A stretch of 63,554 nt of DNA, counting the filler, from Saprolegnia diclina VS20 (Eukaryota): assembly GCF_000281045.1 (NCBI RefSeq). It is 10 parts of 3 records of this genome, joined end to end, with 100 filler letters (N's around TTAATTAATTAA, not from the genome) between each part and the next. Parts side by side here need not be neighbours in the genome. Positions count along the whole stretch, not along the records: positions 1 to 24,658 come from NW_008246069.1; 9 more parts are not named here. One strand, 5' to 3'. The notes below the pieces were generated by a model. The model saw only the letters and a program-made list of their open reading frames with translations. It was not told the origin of the DNA and did not search any database. This document shows positions 1 to 11,705 of the stretch, in pieces. A program made the translations under genes and the position numbers. Numbering within the stretch: the first letter of the stretch is position 1; each line of letters opens with the position of its first letter.

Positions 1-11
1 AATTCCTGGTC

Positions 12-974
12 TTAGACCTTGAGGAAGGGCGAGTTGGCGTGGTCGGCCTTGACGTCGAGTTGGTCGGCCGAGTTGGAGTGGCGGTACAGAATGTAGTGCT
101 GCGTCATGAAGATCACGTCAAAGAACATGCTCGCAAAGCCCAGCGCAAACTTGACCGGGTTGCCCGTAACCGAGGACCAGTCGTGCGTCGACGCGCCGTC
201 CATGAGCAGCTGCACGATCGAGAGGAGACCGCCGGAAAAGTCGAGCAGCACGTTGTAGATGGTCCAGCCGATCGTCGACTGGCGCTTGTAGTTGAGGTAC
301 ACCTGCGGAATGTACTTGACGAGCGAGATGGCGAGCTTGACGTAGCTGAGGAGGTAGAGGAAGTTGAGCTTCGTGAAGAACGAGCTCGACGGCGACGCGA
401 GGTGGATGATGAGGAACGCCGCGATGATCGTGAGCGCGAGCGCAATCAGACTCTTGCACACGGTCGAGACCTTGCGCTCGCCACGCGGGTAGATGGTCGT
501 CTGGTAGTACGTGAGCGCGGTCACCGCGACCGCGTGGATGCCAAAGAAGACGTCGTTGACCTGCACCGAGTTGGGCGACCCGTTGTGGAGCGCCTTGTAC
601 TCGTCCTGGACCGACTCGCTCCAGTAGAACGACGAGTTGTACACTGTGTAGCACGAGAAGCCGACAATGTTGTACGCGATAAAGTCGATCGAGAGACCTT
701 CGACGTTCTTGAGGCGCCAGTTGAGGAAGATCTGCGGCCAGAAACTCACGCTCCAGCACGCAAAGTAGGTCCAGCCGATGATGGACGAGACGCGGTTGTA
801 CGGCGCGGGCACGTTGTCATTGGCGTCGAGGCCAAAGCCAAGGCCAAAGCCGATAATTGCAATGATGGCGACGCCGATCGCCACGCCGTTGCGCTGGACC
901 CATGCGACGGGGCCGTGGATGGACGGGAGCGGTGCTTGCGTCAGCGAAGGCGTCGCGGCGGGTGCAGTGGACAT
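12..974 (-). CDS. CTNS: Cystinosin-like PQ-loop lysosomal cystine transporter
   Basis: Intronless 320-aa ORF with two PQ-loop motifs (WSVSFWPQIFLNWRLKNVEGLS; KYIPQVYLNYKRQSTIGW) and cystinosin signatures VQVNDVFFGIHA, NVLLDFSGG, GNPVKFALG, FDVIFMTQHY. Confidence 0.93.
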   Translation of the reverse strand: MSTAPAATPSLTQAPLPSIHGPVAWVQRNGVAIGVAIIAIIGFGLGFGLDANDNVPAPYNRVSSIIGWTYFACWSVSFWPQIFLNWRLKNVEGLSIDFIAYNIVGFSCYTVYNSSFYWSESVQDEYKALHNGSPNSVQVNDVFFGIHAVAVTALTYYQTTIYPRGERKVSTVCKSLIALALTIIAAFLIIHLASPSSSFFTKLNFLYLLSYVKLAISLVKYIPQVYLNYKRQSTIGWTIYNVLLDFSGGLLSIVQLLMDGASTHDWSSVTGNPVKFALGFASMFFDVIFMTQHYILYRHSNSADQLDVKADHANSPFLKV

Positions 975-1957
975 GGTCGATTGGGAAATGAGCGATAACG
1001 ATAACGTTGACGAAATAGCAAGAGCCGTGTACTGTGTAGACGGCCGGTGGTTGCGGCCTTGGCGTATACCACGTGTTCCAACATGCGGTAGCGCTCGGAA
1101 GTCGTGGGAACGTGGGACATACGCATCTGGGAGCGAATCAAAAGCCAGGATTTCTCCGTGTCATGGCGATCTTGGCCACGCGCGCCTCTGAGTGGGGAAA
1201 GGAAGCGAGGACGGTGAGATTTTAAACCGCAAAAAATGTTCGATCGTGATCCAAACTCGGAAATCAATCAATGCAATGTGGACAACCTGTCGTTTAGCGT
1301 TATCGCAACCGACGCCAAATACCGCGAGGCGTTAGCAGAACGATGCCGTCCATTGGCGGTAGTGTGGGAGCATGACGGGTTGACACGACACACCGTGCCT
1401 CCTGATCGCAAGAAGGGTAAACCGCCGTGCGAATGAGGGACCTCAAGTGGGTTATGAGGAACGGTAAGTTGCTGCTTGCCGAATGTTGTAAAACCGGTCT
1501 TGCCTTTGTGCTCCCAGAACCCATTTGCGCATTACCACATCCCATGTATCCGGCAAGCGCGCGTGACCGCCCACCGACTAGTTCAATGAATATGAATCTA
1601 TTCCATCCTCTGCTTTGAAAAAGCGCATGGGTGGAGGGGCTCGAAAGTAGCCGTGCTCTCTTGAGCTCCTCGAACCCACTTTGGTGATAGCTGCGCGTGG
1701 CCCGTGCATGTAGAAGAGCGTGTTGTTGTTGAAGTGAGTCTATTTAGATATAATTTACACTGAACTGTTTTGTAGAAGAGCGTGTACGTAGAACATATAC
1801 CGATACGAGCAGGTGGACGTGGCACGAGGGACCAACAGAGAGGAATGCCGAGTCAAACCTGGCTCACTTCGTGGTCAACTTCTACTACAGTATAGACTTC
1901 AAAATGCAGATTGGATCCTCCAGTATCCTGCAACTTCGAATATCTTAACGTTAATGA

Positions 1958-2187
1958 AATTAGACGCGCGGGATCCACGACATGTCGCTGGTCTCGAGCT
2001 TCTCGTAGACGTACGACTCGATACCGTTGCGCTCCTTGTCGTCCTTACCGAGGACATATTGGATGTAGAAAAAGTAGTGGAAGAGATTGTGCTCGGTCTC
2101 TGTGTGGCGGCCAAAGTTGTTGAGGAGACCCTTCTCCATACCCGCGACCTCAATCGCGTTGCGCGACCGGTTGCACACGAGGCAGCG
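1958..2187. repeat. Inverted repeat arm matching 8955-9184 (3' ends of the two channel paralogs)
   Basis: Manual alignment to the reverse complement of 8955-9184 gives 6 mismatches in ~230 bp. Confidence 0.92.
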
Positions 2188-5100
2188 CTCGCGCTTGATC
2201 GTAATCTTTTGCTCGGACGCTTCGCGCACGGACGTAAAGGCGTCGATGATGATCCCTTGGATCATGTTGAGGAAAAGCGTGATGACAATGATGAAAAACG
2301 CCATGTCAAAGACCATCCGCTCAAAGTACCGCGCCGGCTTGTCGTACTCGAGCTCGTGGTTGAGCGTCGACGAGATGTAGTCGCCAAGCCCACCGCCCGA
2401 GAGCAGACCTACGACGGTTACATTTTGAAAAATGACGTGGCGCGCCCAGAGCGCACCGTAGCGAATCGTCGTCGTGTAGCACTCAAGAAAGTCGAGCAAT
2501 GCGCAACTTGGTCGTCGCTCGTCATTTCGTCTTGGAGGAGGAAAAACCCAACGAGCGAGAAAATGTACATGACGATTGCGCCAAAGACGGCCGTGACACC
2601 GAGCTTGCCGAGGTTGGTGCGCATGGCTGTGGCCTAGTACTCACCATTTTGCCACCAGCTCTGCAACTTGTAAAAACGTACGATAAAGTTGAGCCGCGAG
2701 TTGGTTTCGAGAATGTCGAGAAGCGGAAATCCGTAAAAGAGGTAGGCCCATGAAAATGGCTGCAGCGCCAGCACCGCGCAGAGCGTGTACGCGCCAAAGA
2801 GCAACACAGGACCTGCGAAAAACGTGTCGTACAGAACGCAGTACCAAAACATGAGATTGGACGCGAGCACGCTGCGGGGACCGCACATCTCGCGGTACGT
2901 GCCAGTGTCGGCCACGAGCGTACGGTGCATGCCCGTCGCCGTGCGCACCGCGGCAAAGAAGGACCTCGTGGTCTCGAGGCAAGCGCCGCAGCCGAGCACT
3001 TGGGTCGCACGATCGTCGGCTGAGTACAAAAAGACAATGATGGAAAACGTCGATGCAAAGAGCTCTACCGCAATTCAAGCATGAGACGAGCCAGCAGTAT
3101 CGTGCGTTGTGTACGCAGTAGGAAAATGACGTGGCGAAACGCACGCCACACACGGTCCGTAATGACCTGCGACGAACACAGCTGGAGCTTGGCGAGCGTG
3201 ATGTGGTGCTTGGCGTAGCTAAAGCAAAGCGTTTGGACCCAGTGGAATGCCCAGAGAAGGGACGTAAGCACAACGAGCCCGACGCCCAAAACACAAAGAA
3301 TGAGGTCCATCTAGACAACACACCCGTTATAGCAACAACACGTCCGTCCAAGGGCGTACGGTACCGCGGCGGTTTTGGCGGCAACGTTGCTGGACGTCGG
3401 CGCTGTCGACGGGTACTGGAGCGTGAGCACGAGCACAAAGTTGATGTAGCCGGACAAGTACAGCATGAGCTGCCGGAGGCGCCAATTCCAGGATCCGAGG
3501 CGAGCGTACAGCCAGTGGCGCTGGAGCCACTGCATCACCCGCAGCTCTTGAGCCAGTTCTCTAGCGCACAAGTATGAACAAGCCAGTCGACACGACCCAC
3601 ACGACGTACTGCGCATGATGCGAGGTGAGCACTTGCAGCGCATCGTCGGCCCCGAGGTCCATCGAGTCGAGAAACCGCTTGCGCAGACCTTTGTCAAAGA
3701 ACGATGCAGTTGTCGGGAGAAGGAAGAAGACTGTGAACGACGTGCCGCGGCGCGCAACCTCGACCGACACCATTGGCGCGCGAAACCGCCGCATGGCGCC
3801 GGCAGCCTTCCACTTCGTCTCGAGCTCGTCCCAATCGAGGCGAAAGCTATCGATGGCCGACGCTCCGAGCACGACGCCGTCGGTTGGCGTAAGGTGGCCG
3901 TTCGTGAGACGCAAGACGACATGCACCAAATCCACGCCCGCGACAAACACGTCACTCTCAGTCGGCGTTGCCATAGACCTCAAGACCGCATCGTCGGCCA
4001 AAAGCCGCGTGAGGACGCGGTCCGCGGTGAGCGCCGTCGCAAGTAGGTTGGGAATGCACTCGGCCGTCGCGCCTTCAAGGACCGCCAAGAGAGTCTCACT
4101 TGCGAGCCGCTGGAGCGTGCGCTGCACCGGCAGCGGTACATCGATGTGGTACACCACGTCGTGCACGGCAAAGTCGCAAAACAGCGAGAGCGCTCTAGAC
4201 GACGCGAGTTGCAGCTGGTTCTCTTCGTCGGGACCTTGACACGCTTCGATGAAGAAAGCAAAAAGCGCATGCACGAGATACGTGTCATCCAAGGAAACCG
4301 GCACGTCGCGCCCGTAGACATCGCGGAGCTGCCGAATGCTCACCGCCAAGAACGATGTCTCGGACCCGCGCACAAAGGCTTGCCACGCCGTGTGGTGGTT
4401 CTCGCAGAGCTGCTGCAGCACGACAAGCGCGTCACAGGCGCGATGACGCGCCGCCATCGACATCATGAGAAAGGCGCGGACGCGGTCATGCGCGTCAAGG
4501 AACGCATCGTAGAGTGCGTTCTGCGCATAGAGACACCCGCCGGCCACGAATTCGTACGCGAGCTCCAGCAGCTTGGACTCCATCGCGGCCATGTGCTCGT
4601 GGATGGCGGTGGACCTGTGCTCGGTTGTGCGCAGCACCGCGGGGGGTGTCGATGACGACGACGACGAGCGCAGAGACGACGACGACGAGGCACTCTTGTC
4701 AAGCAATTGGAGTGTTGAGCTGGACGACGGGCTCTGGAGCGGCGGGAGGAAGCTCACGATGAGGTCGGCGACGCCCAGCTTCACGGCCTTGCGCTGCACG
4801 TCGCGCCACTCCTTGTGGCCGTACAAGAGCGCCTTGTGCTTTGCCTCTGCTTGGAACGGCCGGCGCCAGAACGAGGCTGGCGCAGACGACTCGTTCTCGA
4901 CCACATTCACTTGGTCGCGCTTCTCGCGCAAGAAACGAATGAGGCTGGCGCAGACGACGCGTTCTCGACCACATTCACTTGGTCGCGCTTCTCGCGCAAG
5001 AAACGAATGAGCGTGTCGAGATCCAGAAGCAGATAGTTGATGGCCCAGCCGCCCGGCGACGCCGAGCTACTCGTATCGCTGCCAACGTCCCAGAGGTGTG

Positions 5101-5411
5101 CTGTGTGGACCTGACGGAGCCGGCCGACGAGCGCTTGCATCGGATCCTCGGGCGCCGCGTCGTCGACCGACTTTGGGCGCGTGCCGTACGATGCCCGCAT
5201 CGACGACGATGACGAGAGCGCCAGGAGCGTCGGCGGATGGCTGCCACTGTTGAACGACATGACGAATACGCTTGTGGCGCGCGTTCTTGCTGGGTTTACA
5301 GTACTGCGATTGGGCATTGCGGCAGCTCCAAAGAGCTGATTGGTGCACGCTGTATCGCAACAAGAGCGCAGATGCTACCGCATGGACCGCCGGGTCCTTG
5401 AAGGCGCCCAT
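1960..5411 (-). CDS. Miniature IP3R/RyR-family Ca2+ channel, paralog A (multi-exon; 5' start uncertain; frame disrupted by a 68-bp duplication unless spliced)
   Basis: RIH-associated motifs LQQLCENHH and FIEACQGPDEENQ; VSVEVARRGTSFTVFF; TM segments; pore loop GGGLGD; ITLFLNMIQGIIIDAFTSVR; CLVC...HTETEHN Zn motif; ends WIPRV*. Confidence 0.8.
4873..5008. repeat. 68-bp tandem duplication inside channel paralog A
   Basis: gaggctggcgcagacgac(t/g)cgttctcgaccacattcacttggtcgcgcttctcgcgcaagaaacgaat at 4873-4940 and 4941-5008, 1 mismatch. Confidence 0.95.
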
Positions 5412-6085
5412 GGCCGACTTGTGTTGATAGCTACGATCGTCATTTCGAGAGAGCTCGATCGCTCCTTGCTTATCTGTGCAGTCTAGTCAGTATGCGTTTG
5501 GAGAGTGCACTGAGATTCGCTTGCTTGTGGTCGGAGTGCAGCAAGACCGAACCAGATTCAAAGAACTCAATGGTCACATCCAGGAATGATACACATGGAA
5601 GCTGACAGCCACGAGTGTGCTCAGCAGTCGTCATGACGTTGTCTGTTGATCGACTAGAGACGACTAGAGCATGTCCTAATCTATAGAAATGGATAAGAGC
5701 TACCACGCTGTCCACTTGATGGGCTCCCCGCCGTTGGCGGTCACGTCAACTTCGCACGTGGCGCGCCTTTTGACACGCATCCGGATACGCTAGCACCAGA
5801 TGGCAGGATTTAGCACTTCTTGTTTAAAGAAAGGTTTTTACCTTGTGCATTGTATCGCATTTTAAAAGCCGCCTTCGTCGTGGGCAGCTGAGGTCTTATC
5901 CTAGCGAATTCTGCCGCGCCCTTTTGCTTTATCCGGATGATCGACGGCGGTCTTTTTATTGACAGGTTTTAATAAGCATACAAATAGCAAGAATAGAATG
6001 CGAATAATTGCGTTGCAGCGACCGATTGGCTCGCTGGCATATCATCTTGGCGCACCAACTGGCATGGCTCACTTTCCGTTTGGCC
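5412..6085. promoter_or_regulatory. Probable shared divergent promoter of the two channel genes
   Basis: Lower-GC spacer between head-to-head genes. Reverse CCAAT (attgg, 6025-6029) and an oomycete Inr-like gctcactttcc (6067-6077) lie just before ATG 6086. May also hold an upstream exon of paralog A. Confidence 0.45.
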
Positions 6086-9000
6086 ATGGCATCGTCTGGC
6101 GTCGAGATGCTCGACCGCAGAGACTATACACCGATCGCCGGTAGTACGCCCGTGTCCGGTGGCCTCTTCCACCTTCCGCCGCCCAGCGCCCTCGCCGCGC
6201 TCGTCCAGCGCATCAAGGCCGACGTACCGCATGCCACAGATGCCATCGAGGAGCTTACGCGCGTGCTGGCGGCGCCGCGCCTCGAAGTCGAATCGCTCGG
6301 CGGGTCCAAGCCCAACAAGCACTGGCGCGTCTCGTACACGCAAGAGCGCAACACGAAGCTCACCATGTACGCCAAAGAAGCGTGGCGCGAGTCCCACGAC
6401 GATGCGGTCAAGGCCGAAGTCGCCGACGTCATCGCGCTCCTCGTCGCCGAGCCAGCGCACCGCGACGCAACACTGCGTCTGCTCTACGAGTTTGTCGCGG
6501 GTGGTTTTGGGTTTGTGCAAAGCGCCTTGTACTTTGCGATCAGCGACCAGCCAAGTCCGTTCCTCACCTTTCTCTCGTCCCATCTCGTGGCCAAGTCGCC
6601 GCTGATTTTGAACGTGCTGCAGCAGCTCTGCGAGAACCACCATGCGCAGTGGCAGAGCCTCATGCACCTCGATCGCAACTCGTCATGCCTTCTTCGCGCC
6701 TGCGATCTTCTTGCGTCGCTCACCGCCGAGCCGCGCGTCCTCAACCTCGAGAACGTGCACATGCTCTGCGACGTGCTCATGTTTCTCAGCGAGGCGTGCC
6801 AAGGTCCGTGCGCGCAGAACCAAGACCAGCTCCTCTCGACGCGCGCCGTTGCGATCGCAGCCGACATTGTTCTCTCGTCCCGCAAGGCGCCCGAGGCCTT
6901 TGACGATGCGGTGCCGACGAAGCTCCAGATTACACTGCAGCACCACGCGAGTGACTTGCTCTTGGCGCTGCTCGAAGGCCGGTCGGACGCCCGCGTTCAC
7001 AAGGCGCTCATTGATGTGTTCCCGATTCAAAAGGTCATGACGCACTTTACGAGCAGCTTCCGCGCCATCAACGAAAAGCTCGGGACGAAGCGACACCACT
7101 TTTTCTCGCCGCTCAAGCTCCTCGAGATGGCGCAGTTCTCGCGCACGTCGCCCGATGCACTCATGCGCGCGATGCCCGAGTACAAGGGCGCGATCAACCT
7201 CTTGCGCATCGTCAAGAACATGCTGCACCTCGACGCATCGATCGCGCCGGACGCCGCGTGGCTCGAGTTTGCGGCCAAGTGGCGCGACTTTCAGGCCAAC
7301 GCGATTGTGAAGGAAGCGCTCTCGTACTTTGAAGCGCAAATGGTGTCGGTCGAGGTGACGCGCGGTGGGTCAACGTACACGGTGTACTTTCTCCAGCCCA
7401 AGGTCGCTAAGCTTTTCACCGACGAGCTCCGCACGCGGCTCTTGGACGCCATGGACATTGGCACGGAGCAAGCGCTCGACGTGCTTGTCTCGGAGGCTGC
7501 CACGTATGTGTTCGATATTCTATTTTTAGAAAATTCGGCGACGTCATGGTTGTGTAGGGATGTGGTCGACGAACTCAACGTGATGAAGTACCTCAGCAAG
7601 AACCAGTTTTACTCGACCATGAGCAAGTGGGCGCCGTGGGTCCGCGCCAACATGCTCCGCCTGTGCTTTTACATCAACTTTGTCATGCTCTTGAGCGTCG
7701 ACCTCAACGACATGCCAGCCATCGGTCTTCCCACAAGCGTTGTGCCCAAGGATGATGCCAAACTCGTTCGACTTTCAACGTTACACGCACGATATTGACA
7801 CGTGATGTAGGCGCCGTACTTTATCTCGATGCTCGGATTCGTACTGCTCCTCATGGCGACCACGCTCTGGCTCTACTACGCCTTCTCGGCCTTTTGCTTC
7901 AACTACGCCAAGCAGCAAGTGTCGTCATTGACCAAGCTCACGCTTTTGCCGGGCGCAGCGATCCGCCAAACGATGCTCGATGCCTTTGCCGGTCCGCTCT
8001 ATTACTTTGGTACAACACGAGATTCCTTCCCGCAAGCTGTGCTCATGGCAGTGTCTAGAACTCTTCGTGGCAATGTTCCTCGTGGTGTTCTACCTCAAGA
8101 TGGACACGGGCGTCATCCAGAGCTGCGTCGCTGCGGCGCTCGTGTGGCTCATCTACAGCCTCTTCGCAGCGCTCCGCGTCGTCTCGGGCCAAATCCGGTT
8201 TGTCGTCAACGCAGACGCGACTGACGTCACGTCGACGGTGACGAGCATGCTCACGTTTGTCTTCAACGTGCTCTTCGACACGGCGTTTACGGACAATGTA
8301 CTGCTCATGGGCACCTACGCGCTTTGCTTCCTCCTCGGCGTCGGTCTCTCGATGCCGTGGATGACGTCGCTTGTCTCGACGGGTCCGTGGGGCCTCGTCT
8401 TTTTCGGCTTTCCGCTCGTCGACATTCTCGCGACCAATGAAAAGCTGCGCTTCATCGTACGTCCTTTTGCGATATCTCAACAAATGATTTGATTCAATCT
8501 ACTAGGCGCAAGCGATGCGCAGCAACTTTGGCAAGCTCGGGGTCACGGCCATCTTTGGCGCGATCGTCATTTACATCTTCTCGCTCATTGGCTTTTTCTT
8601 TCTCCAAGCCGAAATGACGAGCGACGACGACGGATCTCTCTGCTCAACCTTGCTCGAGTGTTATGCGTCCTACATTCGCTACGGTGCGCCACCAACAGAA
8701 TGGACACCTTGTCTGAAGTCGCGCGATGTTTAGGGTTGCTGGCGGGCGGCGGCATTGGCGACTACATGTCGTCGTCGCTCGGGCACAACCTCGACTACGC
8801 CCAGCCCAAGCTCTACTTTCAGCGCATGGTCTACGACATGGCGTTCTACGTCATTGTCATCACGCTCTTCCTCAACATGATCCAAGGGATCATCATCGAC
8901 GCCTTCACGTCCGTGCGCGAAGAGTCCGAGCAAAAGGCCGCCATGAAGCGCGACCGCTGCCTAGTGTGCAACCGGTCGCGCAACGCGATTGAAGTCGCGG

Positions 9001-9182
9001 GTATGGAGAAGGGTCTCCTCAACAACTTTGGCCGCCACACAGAGACCGAGCACAACCTCTTCCACTACTTTTTCTACATCCAATATATCCTCGGCAAGGA
9101 CGACAAGGAGCGCAACGGTATCGAGTCGTACGTCTACGAGAAGCTCAAGACCAGCGACATGTCGTGGATCCCGCGCGTCTAA
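6086..9182 (+). CDS. Miniature IP3R/RyR-family Ca2+ channel, paralog B (multi-exon, ~930-950 aa)
   Basis: LQQLCENHH, LSEACQGPCAQNQ, LLLALLEGR, VSVEVTRGGSTYTVYF, TM helices, selectivity filter GGGIGD, RMVYDMAFYVIVITLFLNMIQGIIIDAF, CLVC..HTETEHN, WIPRV*. Several intron positions are shared with paralog A. Confidence 0.88.
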
Positions 9183-9503
9183 TTCGGCTGCTGCAATACA
9201 ACATGTACATGTGCCGACCTGCACTGTCGACGATACATCGCACAACTCGACTAAGAACTGATTCGCGACATTAGAATCAAGCCGATAACAGAGCGTGTAG
9301 GGCAGCGCAGTTGGTGCACGAGCACAGGATCATGGACGTCAGCTCTGATGGCGTGTTGTCTACTCCTTCTCGTTGGCCGTAAATCCTAAAATCTCCAAAT
9401 TCGAGCATTGAATTTGGGCTTTTCCCTTTCCGATTGTTCGATGCATTGATATGTGAAGGACGAGAGGACAACAGACGTGACTATATTTCTCTAATGCAGC
9501 ACT

Positions 9504-10709
9504 CTAAAAGAACTTGTTGATGTACACGATTGTGATCATGAGCACAAGCCACGTGAAGCTGTAGTTCCAGAACCACAGCGCGTGCAGGAGACTCGCAATG
9601 ACCGCGAGCACGACCAAAAGCGACTTGAAGAAGAGCGGGCGCGACGACGGAAGACTCGTGGCGACCGGCTTGTCAAACGTCCCGGTGCTCTTGGCGTAAA
9701 ACTGGCTCAAAAGCTCTTCCTTGGCCGCAAAGCGCTCGTATAGCCACGTGTCTGTCGACTCGGCCGCCATGACGTCGTCGAGCGTGAACCGGCGCACGTG
9801 GAAGTGCACGGCCGACGGGAACTGGCCAAAGAGCATGCGCAGCGGCGACGGGCGAATGCCCGACCGGAGCTCCGGGTACGCCATCGTCATGTCGAGGACG
9901 TACGTCGGGCGGAACTTGTCAATGCACAGCGCAAAACCCTTGAGGCGTGGCTCGAGGACGTAGTTGAACGGCGTGCGACCCTTGGCCTTTGCAAAGGCCT
10001 GCGACTCGGCAAACGTCTTGGCGTACAGCGCCGTGCCTTCGGGGAACATGGCCAGCCACGTGCCCCATGGTCGCGCGTGGTACGAGTCGATGATGCGACC
10101 GAGGCTGTCCTGGTCCTCAGCCCAGTTGCGCTGCACAAACGGAAACTTGAGAATGTTGAGCGCCCACCTACGCTGGCGTAAGAGACAGGCCCGAACATGC
10201 AAGGTCGCGCGTACCCGATGAGCGGGACGTTCTTGAGGCCGGCCTTGAGCATGGTCATGATGCGGTCGTGGCGACCAATCTTCATGGCAAAGTTCCTAAC
10301 GCAGAAATGAGGTTGGGCGCAGCGAAGCGAGCCCGCACCAGTGGAGGAGCCAGTCGATTTCGGTGCGGTGGTTGGAGATGAGCAAGATGCGGTCGCTGTC
10401 GTCGAACGCAAACGTCTCGCCGTCTTCGCCGGTCACAACGACATCCATGCCACCGAGATGCTCGAGGATGCCTGAGACCGTGGCGCAGAAGAGCCCCAGC
10501 ACGACGCGGTAGATGTGCTCGGCGACCGTCGGGCACGTCCAGGACAGCAGCAGCAGCGTGGGCACGACGATGTAGAAGCCAAAGCCGAGCGTCATGAGGA
10601 TGATGATCACGACGTACATGGCGCCGGCGAACTTGCCCGGGAGCGTCGGTGCGTCTTCGTACTGCGGGCCTGGGAACATGGCCTTGGGGCCGGTCTTGGC
10701 GTCGGCCAT
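9504..10709 (-). CDS. Lysophospholipid acyltransferase (LCLAT1/AGPAT family, PlsC domain)
   Basis: Motif I ISNHRTEIDW, LKAGLKNVPLIG, FPFVQRNWAED, motif III MFPEGT, VLEPRLKGF; two short introns. Confidence 0.9.
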
Positions 10710-11705
10710 CGCAGCGAAATTGGGCAATGGCCCATCCCGCTAAGCACGCTTGAAAGGAGCCAATCAGGACGCGGTATGTGCCATGGGCTTCTTCTTTTTA
10801 ACCAATCAAAGCGAGGTGGTCGGCGTTCGAATTGGTAAGACTATTTCCGTGCCAAAGCGACTGTAATCGCCCGAGATTCGATCAACATCGAGGGATGCAA
10901 CAGCCGTCAATGTACGTGACTTTAAGCTATCTCGCAGGCAATCAAGTCGCCATTTGTACAAGACGATAGCAAGGACTTGGTTGTGACGTCATCGTCTGAT
11001 GTGATTGACATGGCCGGATCAGCCACTGTTGAAGCGACACTGCGGGAGGAGTGTTGGCCATGGATTTGGAGTTGATGCATTGACATCACGTTCATACTCC
11101 TGCAACGTCAGAACACGAAAAGCTCCAGATGGAGAGATAGTACGTCCGCGACCCAAACGTCCGTTCCACGGAGGTGAATGGAGCTGGAGATTTCGCAGAG
11201 ATCCACCAGCCATGGTGTCTCTACCTCGCCGTTTTACTATGGACGCCAAGCGTTGTGAGATTGACGGGGCATTTGCTGCGCTAAACACTGCGATTTTTGC
11301 CGTGTCGGTAGCCTGCCCCATGGTACAGGCAGAGCCATTTGGGACCACAAGACTATCAGTGTCCATTTCCATTCGAATATCGATGAAAGCACACTATTTC
11401 CGTCCAAGCGACATCGCGCGTCAACATTGTCGCGTGGGGATTGGTTAAAACACAGTCGATTGTTCTCCAATCGGCGTGCGGTAACAGTATCATGTTTCAC
11501 AAGCTTTTTGTTGGAGTGCCAGCACCGCCGTTAATTTAATTATACAGCCTGACCATACCAATGGCAAGTGCGTTCCCAGCGTCGGCCTTCGAATCAGCGC
11601 ATTTTTATTCAAACCTCTCAGAATGCATGCGCGCCGGCCGCGGATTGGTCCATTTTTGTCGAATTGGGCCATTTCCGAACGCGACGCCTGGCGGATACCC
11701 GAGCC

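Noticed and set aside
39..998. Long antisense or alternate-frame ORFs (also 15821-16990, 30389-31429, 58284-59345, etc.)
   Set aside because: Shadows of high-GC3 coding sequence on the opposite strand; no recognisable motifs.
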